Assembly: GCA_017499595.2 (NCBI GenBank)
Contig: CM039006.1
Coordinates: 1,798,001 to 1,862,000 of the forward strand
Direction of reading: 5' to 3'
Length of the DNA stretch: 64,000 bases
DNA from: Psilocybe cubensis
Lineage: Eukaryota
How positions within the stretch are numbered: position 1 is the first letter of the stretch; every line of letters begins with the position of its first letter. The position numbers were made by a program, and so were the translations under genes. Below, piece after piece: positions 1 to 12,911 of this stretch. The notes under the pieces are model-generated. The model worked only from the letters and a program-made list of their open reading frames with translations, searched no databases and was not told where the DNA came from.

Positions 1-1457
1 TCAGAACGAAAAAACCGTTGTATTGTATGCATACCACCGTAGCAAAATCAATGAAGCGGTTCAACTACTTTTTTGCGCGGGTGGCCAGGAGATTTAGGGC
101 GCCTGCCACTGTGGAAGTCAACTTGCACCGGTCGCCCCTTTGCTTATCTAAAAAAAAAGATGTACATCATTCAACATCTGCTCAGAATTCCTAAACCTTA
201 AAACTCAAAACAGCAGGCCTCTCACCCAGTCTTCCCTGGTCTTTGTCGGATGCATCTTCTATTCGGTGAAGGTAACAGTGATCTATTTTTAGAACGAGCA
301 TCTCATAAAATAAACGCCGAAAATCAGGAACCGGGATCTTCATTGCCAAGGAGATCAGATCACTTTTGAGTTAGTTGGTGTCAAAAGAAACACGCTGAAT
401 AATGGTGAATTGAGATTAAATTGCTTTTCTTTCAATGTCAACCTTCTTTCTTGACTCATGTGTTAGCAATTAGCAATATCTTGACCTCGCTGATAATAAA
501 GCCAATTACTTCAATCTCGGATCGGAAGCAACCTCCCGCTTTCTTCGTTCATGCCTTTAGGAGGCTTTACTACTGATTAAAGTAAGAAATATGATTATAC
601 AGTAATTCATGAATGAATGTAAGTGTTATTATATTCACTCGGAGTGCGAAGAAACTGTTCTCTAACGGCAATTCCGTCGCGATACTACAAGCTTGGATTC
701 GTGTCAAACTTGCCCTATATTAACCTCGACAGGTAGACAGCGCGATCATTTGTAAAGGTGGACTTGATTGTCAGTTTTTGTCCTTACGAATCACCTATCT
801 TCCCATTTGGTGCGCAAAAGCAGGATCAGGGAACAGTTTCGTGCATTACAGCGAACATTGCCTCAACGGTCACTCCATCAATACTGAAACACCGGGATGT
901 TTGAAGTTGATTATTATCGAGACTTCGGCTAAGTTAACGGAGGGGATTTTCTCCCAGTAGACGGTGTTGTTCATTGCATCATTATTTTCCGAATCCAATT
1001 CTGCATTAAAAGTAGAATATATATAGACCACCTTTTTCCATCCTAAGAGGTTTTTTGGGCCGCCAAATGAAGGACAAGCAATATTTCCCATTTGAAAAGT
1101 AACACTAGGATACACAACAGGTATTTGGGTCAGAAAAAACCGACCTAGTCAATGACACTGCGGTGATATCGGGGCAGTAGATTATTATGAAAGTTCCGTT
1201 CATTCTGGTACTTGAGACGCGAAAATAAAGTCGCTAAATCATTTTTCCAACAATGAAGAGTGGAGTAGAATTGCTCATCCAGCTCAAGTATTAGAAATAT
1301 TGCTAATGGATTAGAGATCAAGGCAAGCTGTGACACATGCAGACACGAGCTTGAAGGAAAGTCGTGTACATGTATGCTATGCAAGCTCACCTATATAAAC
1401 GACATTGATACAGGGACGAAAAAGCAATCTCATACCGTCTTCTTACTTGTCTTCTAA

Positions 1458-2782
1458 ATGTCCAACGAGTCACAACCACAACCTTTTCGCATTGACATCG
1501 ACGATGCAACCATTGACTGGATACAAGCGCGCGTTAGAAACGCTCGCATCGTTCCGGATGTTAAGCATCCCAAAGGAATGGAATGGGCAGATGGCGTACC
1601 TGGAAATGTGATGGATCGCCTTGTCAAATATTGGAGGGAGGAATATGACTGGAGAAAAGTCGAGGCCAAGTTGAATTCAACGTACAAGATGTTCACCCTC
1701 GATATCCCCGAAGGAAACGAGCTCATCAAGTTACACTACGTTCATCACCGCAGTGATAGAGCCGATGCTATTCCACTGCTTTTCTTACATGGGTGGCCGG
1801 GAAATTTCACAGAGGTACGCAGTTAACTGGGTGTTTAAAAATATATAAGATTGACATGATTGATAGGTCGAATATCTCTTGAGTTTGACCAAACCTGAAG
1901 ATCCAAGCCAACAGGCCTTTCACGTTATTGCGCCTTCACTTCCTGGATTTGTGTTTTCTTCATCTCCAAAGGTAAGGGTAGATTTGCTATGTTACACCAC
2001 CATAATTGAAAGAGGAATAAAAGGAAGCGGACTTCTCCATTTCCAAGATAGGATCTATCTGCAACCAGTTGATGTTCAAGCTGGGTTACACAAGATATAT
2101 TGGACAAGGCGGCGATTGGGGATCCTTCATCCTTCGCTCCATGGCGTCATCTTTTCCAAAGTCCTGCATTGGGATACATATCAACTTTTTGGCAGCAAAG
2201 CAGCCTTCTCCTTTCACGCACCCTTTGGCATATCTAAGGCTCCTAATAGGCGACTTCACCCCGGATCAAAAAAAGAGGATTGAACGTGGTCAATGGTTCT
2301 TCACAGATGAATGGGGCTACAGTGAGATCGCAGGAACAAAACCGCAAACTCTGGCCTATAGCTTAACAGATTCGCCAATCGGCATGCTTTCCTGGCTTTT
2401 CGACAAAATGACACCCCTTGTTCAGCCAGGCTACGTATGGGAACCTGAGAAGGTCATCACCTGGGTAATGCTATACCTCCTATCAGGAAGCTCTTGGCAT
2501 GCTAGAATCTACAAATATGGTGCACCGGTGATTCCTCCTCAAAACGATGTCAAGATTGTACCAGGCGAAGTCGAATTTGGAGCTAGCTGTTTCCCCTACG
2601 ATATAGGCTATATTCCAATTTGGTGGGCAAAGGCAGAGTTGGCAAAGAATATTATATTTTGGAAAGAACATTCCAAGGGAGGTCACTTTGCTGCCACTGA
2701 GAGCCCAGAGGTGCTGAAAGCGGATATACGGGAATTCGTAGAAAGATTATCTGATAAAGCACGGAAGTCGTTGAAGTATTAG
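1458..2782 (+). CDS. Microsomal/EHN-type epoxide hydrolase (alpha/beta hydrolase), 3 exons
   Basis: N-terminal EHN-like region (PFRIDI..., YWREEYDWRKVEAKLN), oxyanion motif HGWPG, nucleophile motif QGGDWG, acid residue in FPYD, catalytic His in GGHFA. Two GT-AG introns join the ORFs in frame. Confidence 0.93.
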
Positions 2783-2910
2783 ATTGTAAGATTGTAGTAG
2801 AATGAGGGACTTCATTATGACCTTGTAACTGTGTAGCTGAATAAATCGGTTGAGTCAGAATTTTTTACAAAGCGACAATTTATTTATACAGTAACCACAA
2901 AGACTCTTGT

Positions 2911-5900
2911 TCAATTCAAAAACTTGGACAACCATTGTTTTAGATCCCGCGTATTCCTCTACATTTGTAGCGTCAAATATGTAACGATACCTACCATCCG
3001 AAGAAAAATCGTACCTCAATGCAATTTGCTCTGGTATGGATACTTTCTAGACCTTGTGCTAAGGACTTGTTATAATCTGAGGTGTCTTTATCCTGCAAGG
3101 TTACAAAACGGGGGTTGGGACATGAGCATTGTTGAGATCACAGTAAAACCTACCTTGAAGAAATCAACAATATCCTGATAATCCTGTTTAGAGGAGTAAA
3201 ACTGGAATGCTCGCTGGGGAAATGATGCCTTAGTCTCCTGACTGATTACTGCCATTTTGTTGACCCACCGAAATTAAATAGCTGAATGACATGGTTCCTT
3301 TGAATCGGTCAACAAGCTGTAAAGCGGTAAGTAGCAGGATATTTATCTGCAAGGGATCTGGGAAAACTCACTTGGTCGTAGTTTTCTTTTATGAATGTTG
3401 TCAACATTCTTCTCGCCTTGTAATTTTTGGCCAGCGCAACGACAAAAATCAAGATATCCTGATCTCTTGCATTATTTAATACGAATATCAATGTTTCTTC
3501 AAGCAGATCGGTGTCTTGCGTGTTTGCCATTGCAAAACTTGGGTATTTTAGGTATGTGATGTTAGCCAGATACATCTCGGTTTGTCAAAAACTTACATAG
3601 CCGAATTTTGCTGGGTGGGTGACTTGGGATTATCGTATATGTTGCGCATAATTCTATACTCCTTCATACCACCATATCGGGTAGCCTATATCATCACAGT
3701 AGTTAACGTAGTTAGTCTTGGTGTCAATGGTAACATGGAGTTTACACGAACAGTCGTGTAAACCGTGTTTTGAAGGTCTACCGGTATCTGCGAGTCGTCC
3801 CCAGTCTCTATATAGGCGTCGAATCGACGTTTTAGCTCAGAAACGACGCTATTTTGGACAGGGTGATAAGTATGCGAAATTTGTAGTAAGCTAAGAGTTG
3901 AGGCATACCACTCATCGCCAGCGTCACATGCTTGCGAAATAGCTAGCGTCCTCAAAATTTTTGCATTCAAAGGTTCCCCGGCGGGATAGTTATAGCCTAG
4001 TTTTGATACCAGAGGCGAATAGAGAGACTGATAATAGCTCAGTTACGATTTTCAACCCAATGTTGAAGCTTACCCGGCGGAACTCTTGGAACTTGTTTGT
4101 GATAGCGAGGAATTCCCACCATATGTCTTGAATATCTGCAAGATTATCAGAGATAGCTTGCCAGACCATATCTAGATATGAATGTGTAAGTACTTCGAAA
4201 GGTAATAGAAAACCCAACATACAATCTTCCTCAAAATTGAACTGGGAAACAAAAGTCAAGGCAACGCTGAGCTTGGAATATCCGGCTAAAGCCAACGCTA
4301 TTGTGTCGTGAATGAGGCCAAGTCGGTCTTTAACGTCAAGGAGTGAATTTTCTTTCTTGGCTTCTGCAGCAAGTAGAGACAAGCGCTCAGGTGTATATAA
4401 AACTAGATCTATAAAAAAGTAAGGTCTATAGCCCTTGGGACATTGTGAAAAGATCAGAAAACGTACAAACTCCTTGGGTACCAGCATTTAACTTATATGG
4501 TTTATTGGTGTCCAAGGCAATGAAGTTCTCGCGTTCTTTTAGTAGGACAGATCTATCAATAACCGACCGGCCATTTTCAATCATCAGGATTGCCAACGGT
4601 ACAGTCCTTTTATAAAGATGAATAGGTTAAATACCTATTTGGACGGATATATTTTGCAAGAATTACCATAGTGTTTGATTATTCTCTGGAGATGCATGTC
4701 CAGCTTCTAAGAACCGATCTTGACGCACAATAATTCCGTTCGCATTCTCAGTAACACTGATTACAGGATATCCAGTTGCGGTAATCCAGGAATTCATGAG
4801 CTCGCCTATGTCGAGGCCCGTAGCTGCGCTGATGCCATCCCAGAGGTCGCGCGTGACACTATTGCCAAACAAATTTTTCTTGAGGTAGATGGAAACCCCT
4901 TTCAAAAAGGATTCTTCCCCCACAAAAGAGGACAGCATGAGAAGTACTTCAATGTGCAAATTTTTCAGCACAAGTAGCATGAAGAGAAACGTAGCAAATT
5001 AATCATACCAGACGCTCCCTTGGAGTACGATAAATTGTCGAAGATCTAATGCATATAATTGCGTTCAAGACTTGATCAATGCAAGGACAAAGTGGGTTCA
5101 CTTACTTGGTTTATATCGCTAGCATCTGGGGAATCAACTTGAACAGGATGGGAGGACAGCTTGGCGTCCTGCTTAAGCGCTCGAACAAGGTGCTTATTAA
5201 TAAATTCGATACCAAGACGAAATTCTGGGTATTTCCTAGAGGTAGGTTAGGTACAATTTATCATTAAAACACTAGAATCATACTTGTCTGTAAAGATTTG
5301 AGTAAGCCGATTAATCGACAATAAAAGATTTTCGTACCACAGAAAAATGCTTCACTGATCTAGTTACATGTATTAATAAACAATAATTTCCGTCAATAGG
5401 ATTGTTATCTTAGACGCACAAGCGTTGCAAAACCTACGTTCTAGTTAATTTTTGTAGTTCCTGCTAGGTGTAATCAGCATACCTTCATTTAGATAAACAT
5501 ATGTCCACCATTTCAAGGTAGTTATATTTCCAAACCTTTCAATAGATTTAGATGAGTAGTGGCGAAGATCGAGGATGCATACCACATATGCGCCACCTCA
5601 TGGCTTTGGATTGATGCCACCTCCTTCATCGCTCGAGTATCAGGACGGTCAGGGTCAATTAGCAAGGAGCTCAGCCGTCCCGTAATCAGACCCCAGTTCT
5701 CCATTGCAGCAGGGTCAAAGTCACTCGCCTATTTGTAACTTAATGGTTGGAATTTGGATATACATGAATTCACGCACCACAAGGGTGTCGAGTTTGGGAA
5801 GCGGATACTCGACGCCGAACATCTTTTCGTAGAGCGGCAATGCGGCAGCTTTTACATCAAGCGCAAATTGTGCTTGTCCAATGAGATCTGGAGTGGCTGA

Positions 5901-6885
5901 ATGCACACATTGAGAATGAAACACGGAAAAAGAGTATTTCCACAACTCACAGTAGATCCGCAATGGAATAGTTCTGCCACTCAAAGGCATTTTAATAGAC
6001 CTTTCTATGAACGCAAAAGGACCGTTCGCAAACGCCACGACATAGGAGGACATTGGGGGAGATACATCGAACTTGGTCACCTTCCACTCCCCCTTCGAGA
6101 AAGGGTAGAAGAGATTGTTACGATCGGTTGATATTATGCTGCTATCGAGCTCCTCGAGAAGCCTCTCGCTGACAACGGACATGTTACTTAGGTTCACGGT
6201 GCCCATGCGCGAGATCATTATCACAGAAAATGTTGCTTTGAGAAGAGGCTCATCCCAACAGGGAAAAGCTCGTCTAGCAGCAGTCGCCTAAAACGAATGT
6301 ACATGAATGTTCAGGCATTATTTGTGAGCAGAGTCAAAAGCTGGAAGTTCGTACCTCAAATTGCGTCAATGAGTAGTATTGTGTCTTCCCCTGAGTTTCC
6401 CAGCGCGATCGATAATATCCCATCATATTTCCGGTAAGACTTCCGGAGAAACGGATATTTAAAGCAGCTTTAGAACCTGTTGTAAGGGCTTCAGGCATCC
6501 TGTAGGTGACCCGCTCCAGAGTGTCGTCAATGGAGGAGATATCAACATCCTTTTCTGAGGTCCAGCAATCAGACGACACCCATCTAATCAAATGAGATGA
6601 ATGTTCTTCTTGGAAAATTTGAGACTTACGCTTTCCGCAGTTCCAAATCCTTTACATGAAGGACAAGTTCTGATGTGTCATCTTTAACGTCCAGACTTTA
6701 AACCCCGACATTAATTTCACAGAAACAACAAAACGAACATGTAGATTTGACCTTATTTTAACAAATCCCTCAAACTTCAGTTGTTCAAGGTCGGTTTTAA
6801 CGATGAGGTCGTAATGGTATGGTTTGACTTTTGTTGGTAGTCGATACCTATTATCAAAAATATTAGATGTTAGAATGGGTTTCAT
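2911..6885 (-). CDS. M1 family zinc aminopeptidase (Ape2/puromycin-sensitive type), many short introns including a 4-nt microexon
   Basis: RLPTKVKPYHYDL N-terminus, TQFEATAARRAFPCWDEP, YPLPKLD, AAMENWG, HEVAHMWFGN...LNEGFAT (HEXXH-X18-E), IFDNLSYSKGAS and a helical C-terminal domain. Manual splicing at GT-AG sites gives an open frame to TGA at 2911-2913. Confidence 0.92.
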
Positions 6886-7467
6886 GAGGGAATAATGAGG
6901 GGATAATAAGGGAGAGTTTGCGTGAGGAGTATTTTAGACGGCTTACTTTTAAACGGTGACCCGTGGGACACACGATGAAGAACCGTGAGTCGTATCTCAC
7001 GAACGGACATTTCGAGCGCTCATAGCTCATGCTTCCCTCAGAGACCAATGGGAAGCTTCAGTGACGGATGTACCAACATGGCTTTGTAATACTTACTTCA
7101 AAGCTTTATTATCAGCCGTACTGCGCATCCTAGTTAGCTCCATTTTGTCAGATATATGAACTTGTTAGATAATAACTTGCCCTAAACAACCATCGATTTC
7201 AGGTGGGGATGGCTCGTGCATGGCACTCACCATACTCCGGCCACGAGGCCAATCCTAAGTGGCAATCGGGAAATGACATATATTTGGATTCCGTATTCTT
7301 TCCACAGCTTCCAGCAGTTCAGATATACTCCGATATCCGATCGTTAGACGCGCAAAAACTATCCCTTTATCGATTGTCTTGTTTTAGTGAGCATGCATGT
7401 TGGTGAACGTCTGATTTTGAACCCTGATGCGTTATAAACACAGGGACTTATTTCAGGCAGTCACGTT

Positions 7468-8965
7468 ATGGATCTACCAGTGCCTTCTTCCAACGAAAAA
7501 TCCTCAGATATGAGCAGTTCAAATGCAGAAGGGTCAACACAGCCGCCGAAGAACGAGAATGCAAGCGATGGGAAACGTACTGTGGAGGAAACCGTTCATC
7601 AAGTTGCCACAAAAACCGATCCGGTTGTTCAACAACCCTCCGCGCACGTGGAACCAACAAAAGCAGGTTTGGTGCCTCTGTCAAGCCATACATCTCCCCC
7701 TCGTCGTGATAACCCCTATAACTTCCTCTGGGGAGAAGATAATGACCCCTATTTTCCCGTTAGAACGGAATTCGAAGTCCCAACAACTGGCGAGCCATCG
7801 GGATTGGTACGAACATCATCGGGATTAGCACGAACACCTTCCGCTGCATATAGTTTCGTTGGAGAAAAGTCGACCAATTCCGTTGAACTCGATGTCCCAC
7901 ACACGGAGGCGGCGGACGTGCACACACCGGTTGTGACTCAGGATATGCAGACCCTGTTCGCGCAACAGCAACGGGAGATTCGGGATGCTTTAGCAAAACA
8001 AAGTGAGAAAGCGCCTCCTCTGAAGGCACGTGCAGTTCCGGCCAAAGTTACGCCCAAACACACACCTAGTCAATCCACAGCGGCATTGGATGTACGAGAA
8101 TCTATTCTCGAGCGGCGCGAACGGGAATTCGATCGAAGGGAGCGAGAGATTGACCGTAGGGAGCGTGATTTAGAGCGTCGTGAACGCGAACTGGAGCGGA
8201 GACAACGGGAGTTTGACAACGACAGAGGGCGATGGAATACCAACGGCCATAATGTCCCATGGCAGTGGCAAGACGCGATGAAGAATTTTAAGGACCAGAT
8301 AACGGCCGATTTGTTAGCAGAAAGAAAGAAAGCGATTGAGCGCGAAGCCTCATTCGAAGAGAAGATCATCAAGAAGGTTAACAAAGTGCTCGAACATGAG
8401 CGACAGCTATTTGGTATGATGAGAATGTCAGAAAATGAAGTAAACGAGATGGTAGAAAATTCTGTTGGATACCTTTTGCACAATGTGAGTCGAATTCATT
8501 TTTTGCGTTGTTTTTGTTATGATTCACTCTGTATCGTAGGATGAAGACATCGCCGATCGCGTTCGCTTCCAAAGTCTGCTTCATCTTACACAAGAAAGAT
8601 TAGCGTCTGAAGCAGGTTTGACACCACCACCTGGATCGGACTCGTTTTCATTAGCCTGGCGGCTTGCTCTCGGTCCCTCGGTTGTTACGGAGGATCGGTA
8701 CAAGAAAGCTTTGGAATTACTGAAAGACAAGGTCCTCCAGGAAAGCACCAAAAAAGTTATGGAATGTAAAGCGGCCATGGAATATGCGGTCGAGTACACT
8801 TCGCACCTACGCAAAGACGGGCCTGAAACTGGAGATATTTCCTTCTCATTCGGTAGGATACCACGAAGCGACTACATGGAATCTGTAATACGCCACGCCA
8901 GCCAAGATCCTGGCCAATTGGAGGCGCTTACGATTTTGGTAGATTTTGTTGCTCCGGAAATATAG
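7468..8965 (+). CDS. Hypothetical protein: disordered N-terminus, E/R-rich coiled-coil, helical C-terminal domain, 2 exons
   Basis: 358-aa ORF joined in frame to ORF 8618-8965 through a gtgagt...cgtag intron (~8485-8539). Contains an ERRERE-type repeat. No family recognised. Confidence 0.7.
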
Positions 8966-9395
8966 GTCAACTTTGTTGTATACTTTCTATATTCCAATTT
9001 CTGACTTTTCGTTCTTCGATCCTGTATCAAAGGTGCGAAGTAAAAGTTAGGGGAATAAGTTGAGTTCATGTAAAGCTGACCAAAAGCGGATGAGTCGGCG
9101 TCTAAATGTATTTCGGCCAGCATATAGACTTGAGGAGATACTTAAGAAAAAACCACTTTCAATAACGCTAAGAATGCAATTTGTAGTACATTGAGCTCGA
9201 ATGTAATAGGTTTCACTGAGGTGTTGTTTGACTTTTCGTCGGACTTCTTTGCCGGCCGACGGAGTTGCTCGCAGAATTGATACTCCGCTAACCTTAATTA
9301 CTGTAACTGTACAGAACCAATCGCTCGGCGATTCCCGATAGGCGACACGATCAACACAGTTCAGCAAGCCAGCCCTCGTCGTCGTCGCCAGCAAG

Positions 9396-10070
9396 ATGGT
9401 CAACATTCCCAAGTGCGTTGTCCTTGCTTTTCGCCGTTTAAGACAGTGCTGACCGCTGCTTCACTTCTGCAGAACCCGCAGGACCTGTGAGTAACCTGTC
9501 AATTATGCATCGAAAAGGCAATATCTCAAGAGCCGTGTAATTTGTTAGTCTGCAAGGGCAAAACATGCAAGAAGCACACGTACGTCTCCTATGTCGTCAG
9601 ACGAGGCAGAATAACTCACTACAATTTGCTTCACAGTCCCCATAAGGTGACTCAGTACAAGAAGGGCAAGGATTCCCTCTTCGCGCAAGGAAAGCGCCGT
9701 TACGACAGGAAGCAGTCCGGTTATGGTGGTCAGACTAAGCCCGTCTTCCACAAGAAGGTGCGCCATCAAGTTATCTATCGTTAGGTTCTATATTGAATGC
9801 CGTTTGGACAATGTAGGCCAAGACCACAAAGAAGGTCGTCCTGCGATTGGAATGCACCGTCTGCAAATACAAAATGCAGCTATCCCTGAAGCGCTGCAAG
9901 CAGTGCGTACCATTCCATCCATTCCTATCCCTCTCACCCTCATGTATTTTTTTCAGCTTCGAGCTTGGTGGTGAGAAGAAGACCAAGGGCGCTGCTCTTA
10001 CCTTCGTACGTCATCTCGATCTTCAATTTCAATTCTCTTCGTTAATGTTGTACCCATTGATGTTTAGTAA
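9396..10070 (+). CDS. RPL42: 60S ribosomal protein eL42 (L44/L36a), 7 exons
   Basis: Spliced product [106 protein letters not shown], with six GT-AG introns. Confidence 0.98.
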
Positions 10071-10646
10071 GCGTATCATATCTCACTTGTTGCATTCTTC
10101 TTTTCTCGTCCTCGCTGCCCAATATGACAATATGAGCATATGTATATGTTTGCCGCCGCCGTTGAGCTTGTTGTCCTACATCGCATTTTTATGAGCTGGC
10201 TCTACTTCGAAATGCTGTGGCTTCTAACTAATCAGGTTAATGATTTCCTCCGGCTCAAAATGTGTGAACGCATTGCTCGGAATACACGCTTCATCATCGT
10301 AGTCACTATGATATCAATTCAACTGATGCGCTCTACACCACATTCATCAGAAATGCTTGTGGGTGAGCCCACAACTTTCATCACTCAGATACTTTCAAAC
10401 TCACACGGGAGCATCGAGACTAAAATATTCTTCGCAAAAGGAGACTACCTTTGATGGTGCTAATTCTGAATCAATGTAGATGATTTACACACGAGTCAGA
10501 CAGATCGGCTCTTCTAAAAGATAGCCGTATAAGTATGTTCATCCTTGCGAACAGACGCCCACTCTTCTTTCCTTTCTACTTCCATCGCTGTCTGCTTTCA
10601 TCGAGTTATTTCGATTCTTTTGATCGTCCCAGGAGAAATTCATTGG

Positions 10647-12662
10647 ATGGCTGGACGTGTTACGGTAGTCAAAGGTCTAAGTGGCCAAGATGCTCATTTC
10701 GACGAACTACAGCAATATTTCTACGAGATGCAGAAGGTCACTGTTGAAACAGCGACGCCCATTGATTTTGTGTCATTTGCAGCATGCGCCTATTTCTTTG
10801 GAGTGATCATGGCTGACTGCGACGCACCCGAGATGGAAGAGGGCGGAGACGAAGATGCTGAGGGAGAGTTAGAGGAAGATACGGAACCTGTCCTCGAGGC
10901 AGACTATCCGGAGTCATCGGCGCCTACGGTGAGATTACGTTTTTTTATCGTTTCCACGCATATGTAATGACTCGTTCGTATTTATTCTAGTCACCACCGG
11001 CGTCAAGTACTGCAAGCACTTTCTCCATTATCGATCCAAATAGAGAAACAAGTCAAGAGCCGGAGGACGACAGAATTATTTTTGAGCGATTCAGTCGTCT
11101 GTCCGAGCAAGATAAGGTTCTGAAATGGAGGGAAGCATTCATGGCGAAGGTAGATGATGTAGGGGAGGAGGATGTGCAGTATCCTTCACCTTCGAGATGC
11201 CGCATCGGAGTCGACTCTGACAATGAAGATGGACCGCTCTCATATGTTGGCAAGGGTAAAATGCCAGAAAATGGTGGCTCTTTTTTGGTCCCTCATTCCC
11301 CAGACAAATTCTCTGCAGTTATGAGCAATGTCAGCGACGACCCGGAAAGCTTTATCAATTGGCCCGAGGACTCGCCTATCGATAATGATGTCCAAGGACA
11401 GTCTTCATTCACTGATGACAGTCCATCTCTTGCAGCTGTCCCGGAGGTCTACAATCCTATTTCACCTGTTATTGTAGACAAGGATTTCGGCCGTGAATAT
11501 CTTGAAACCCCACGATACAGGGCTCCAGTCCGCCGACTGCCAAAACCTGCAGTAGATCCCGCATACCAAGCTTTGCTCTACGAAGAAGCGGTCAGACATA
11601 GGGACGAACTGCGCGCCAAACGGATTGCGGAATATGAACGCAAGCAAGTCAAACAAGCTCGCCAGTTGGGTTTGCAAATCAGGCCTCTTCCATCGACGCC
11701 CACCGTGGCGTCACATCCGCAAAAGGTGAACAAGCCGATCGGGCTCATCTATCTCTGGAACTCGCAAAATCTTGATGATCCATTGCACATGGGAGAGTGC
11801 AGCTTGGGGTTCTATATCACCCCTGAGTTCAGACAGAAGAAGCATCTTGTTGATGCTCTAAATGATGTCGTCAAGCAGGCATTCCAAGATGATCAGTGCC
11901 ATCGTTTGCAATCAATAGTCGTCGAGAATGACGACAAGCTTTACACGCAACAACTTCTCAGTGCTACGTACGTTCGCTGCCATTCCTTATCTCATCCTTT
12001 ATTGACCATATCTTTCATATAGTGGGTTCCGCCACGAAGGCACCCGACGACGTGCGTTCTTCAGTCCTACCGCCCAAGAATGGAAAGACGTCACCTACTT
12101 CGCTATGCTTGCGACCGAGTGGGTGTACGATAATAATAACACTTCTTCCTCTTCAGTCCGCCTTCGAACTACCTCTATATGGGATGAAATCCTCACTCGC
12201 CACCAACGCGAACTCGACGATCTACATCGTATGAAAGAAAAAATGCTCATACGAAGTCCCAGTCTCGAAACCATCCGCCAGCAAGTGCCGCTGACTGCAC
12301 CTTCGAGTCATACAAGTTCAGATACCAGAAGTACCGCTGACTCGGAGCTGCACGAGGGTAATAGGCTGTCGATTCACCCTCCACTGCAGCGCAAGAAGTT
12401 GGTCTTGGGGGCAGGCGCTCAAGCAAGGAGACCAAGGCAGGGCTCGATTTCTGCCGTTGGTACAAGTGGTTCGACTAGCGGGCAGGCAATGTCACCACGC
12501 TCTCCGACATCGCCCAGCGTTGTTCGTGCTCGTTATGGCCCAACCGTGCCTGCATCCCCTACAAGGCCGCGTAAACGATCCATAGGCGGACAAAGTTTGA
12601 GTAGCGCCTCCAGTAGCTCGGCGTCATCTCAATGGGAATTTGTGGAACGCATGGATGCTTGA
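10647..12662 (+). CDS. Hypothetical protein with a RimJ/RimL-like GNAT acetyltransferase-fold domain flanked by acidic and Ser-rich disordered regions
   Basis: IGLIYL...GECSLGFYITPEFRQK...CHRLQSIV...GFRHEGTRRRAFF...WKDVTYFAMLATEW resembles Acetyltransf_3. Two GT-AG introns keep the frame. The start codon is uncertain. Confidence 0.65.
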
Positions 12663-12911
12663 GGCCCCAGCTTTCAACAATTCTGAAAATTATTTGCGAT
12701 ACTTGAAGTTTTTCCTGACCTATTTATCATGATTTGTCTTGTAATAACTGCTTTCTGTTTCTATCTTGTTGTAAATCGTACTAGCTATATTGCTTTCAAT
12801 TTCCACCAACTATCGTGTTTGATACATTATGAAAAATTTTGTGTGTTTCTAAACCAAGCAAATTGAAATTAACCTATTATACATTGATGTTTGTTGACTT
12901 TTCGTGTGGCC

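Noticed and set aside
66-140. T-run followed by a GC hairpin (gtggccagg...cctgccac) and a TTGCAC loop, reminiscent of the 3' half of U2 snRNA
   Set aside because: No U2 5' or branch-pairing sequence (GTGTAGTA) in the window, imperfect Sm site and poor final stem; not supportable without a covariance-model search.
8070-8483. Antisense ORFs here and over LYS2, ENP2, ERV29 and SCS7
   Set aside because: Shadows of coding or repetitive sense-strand sequence with no independent motifs.
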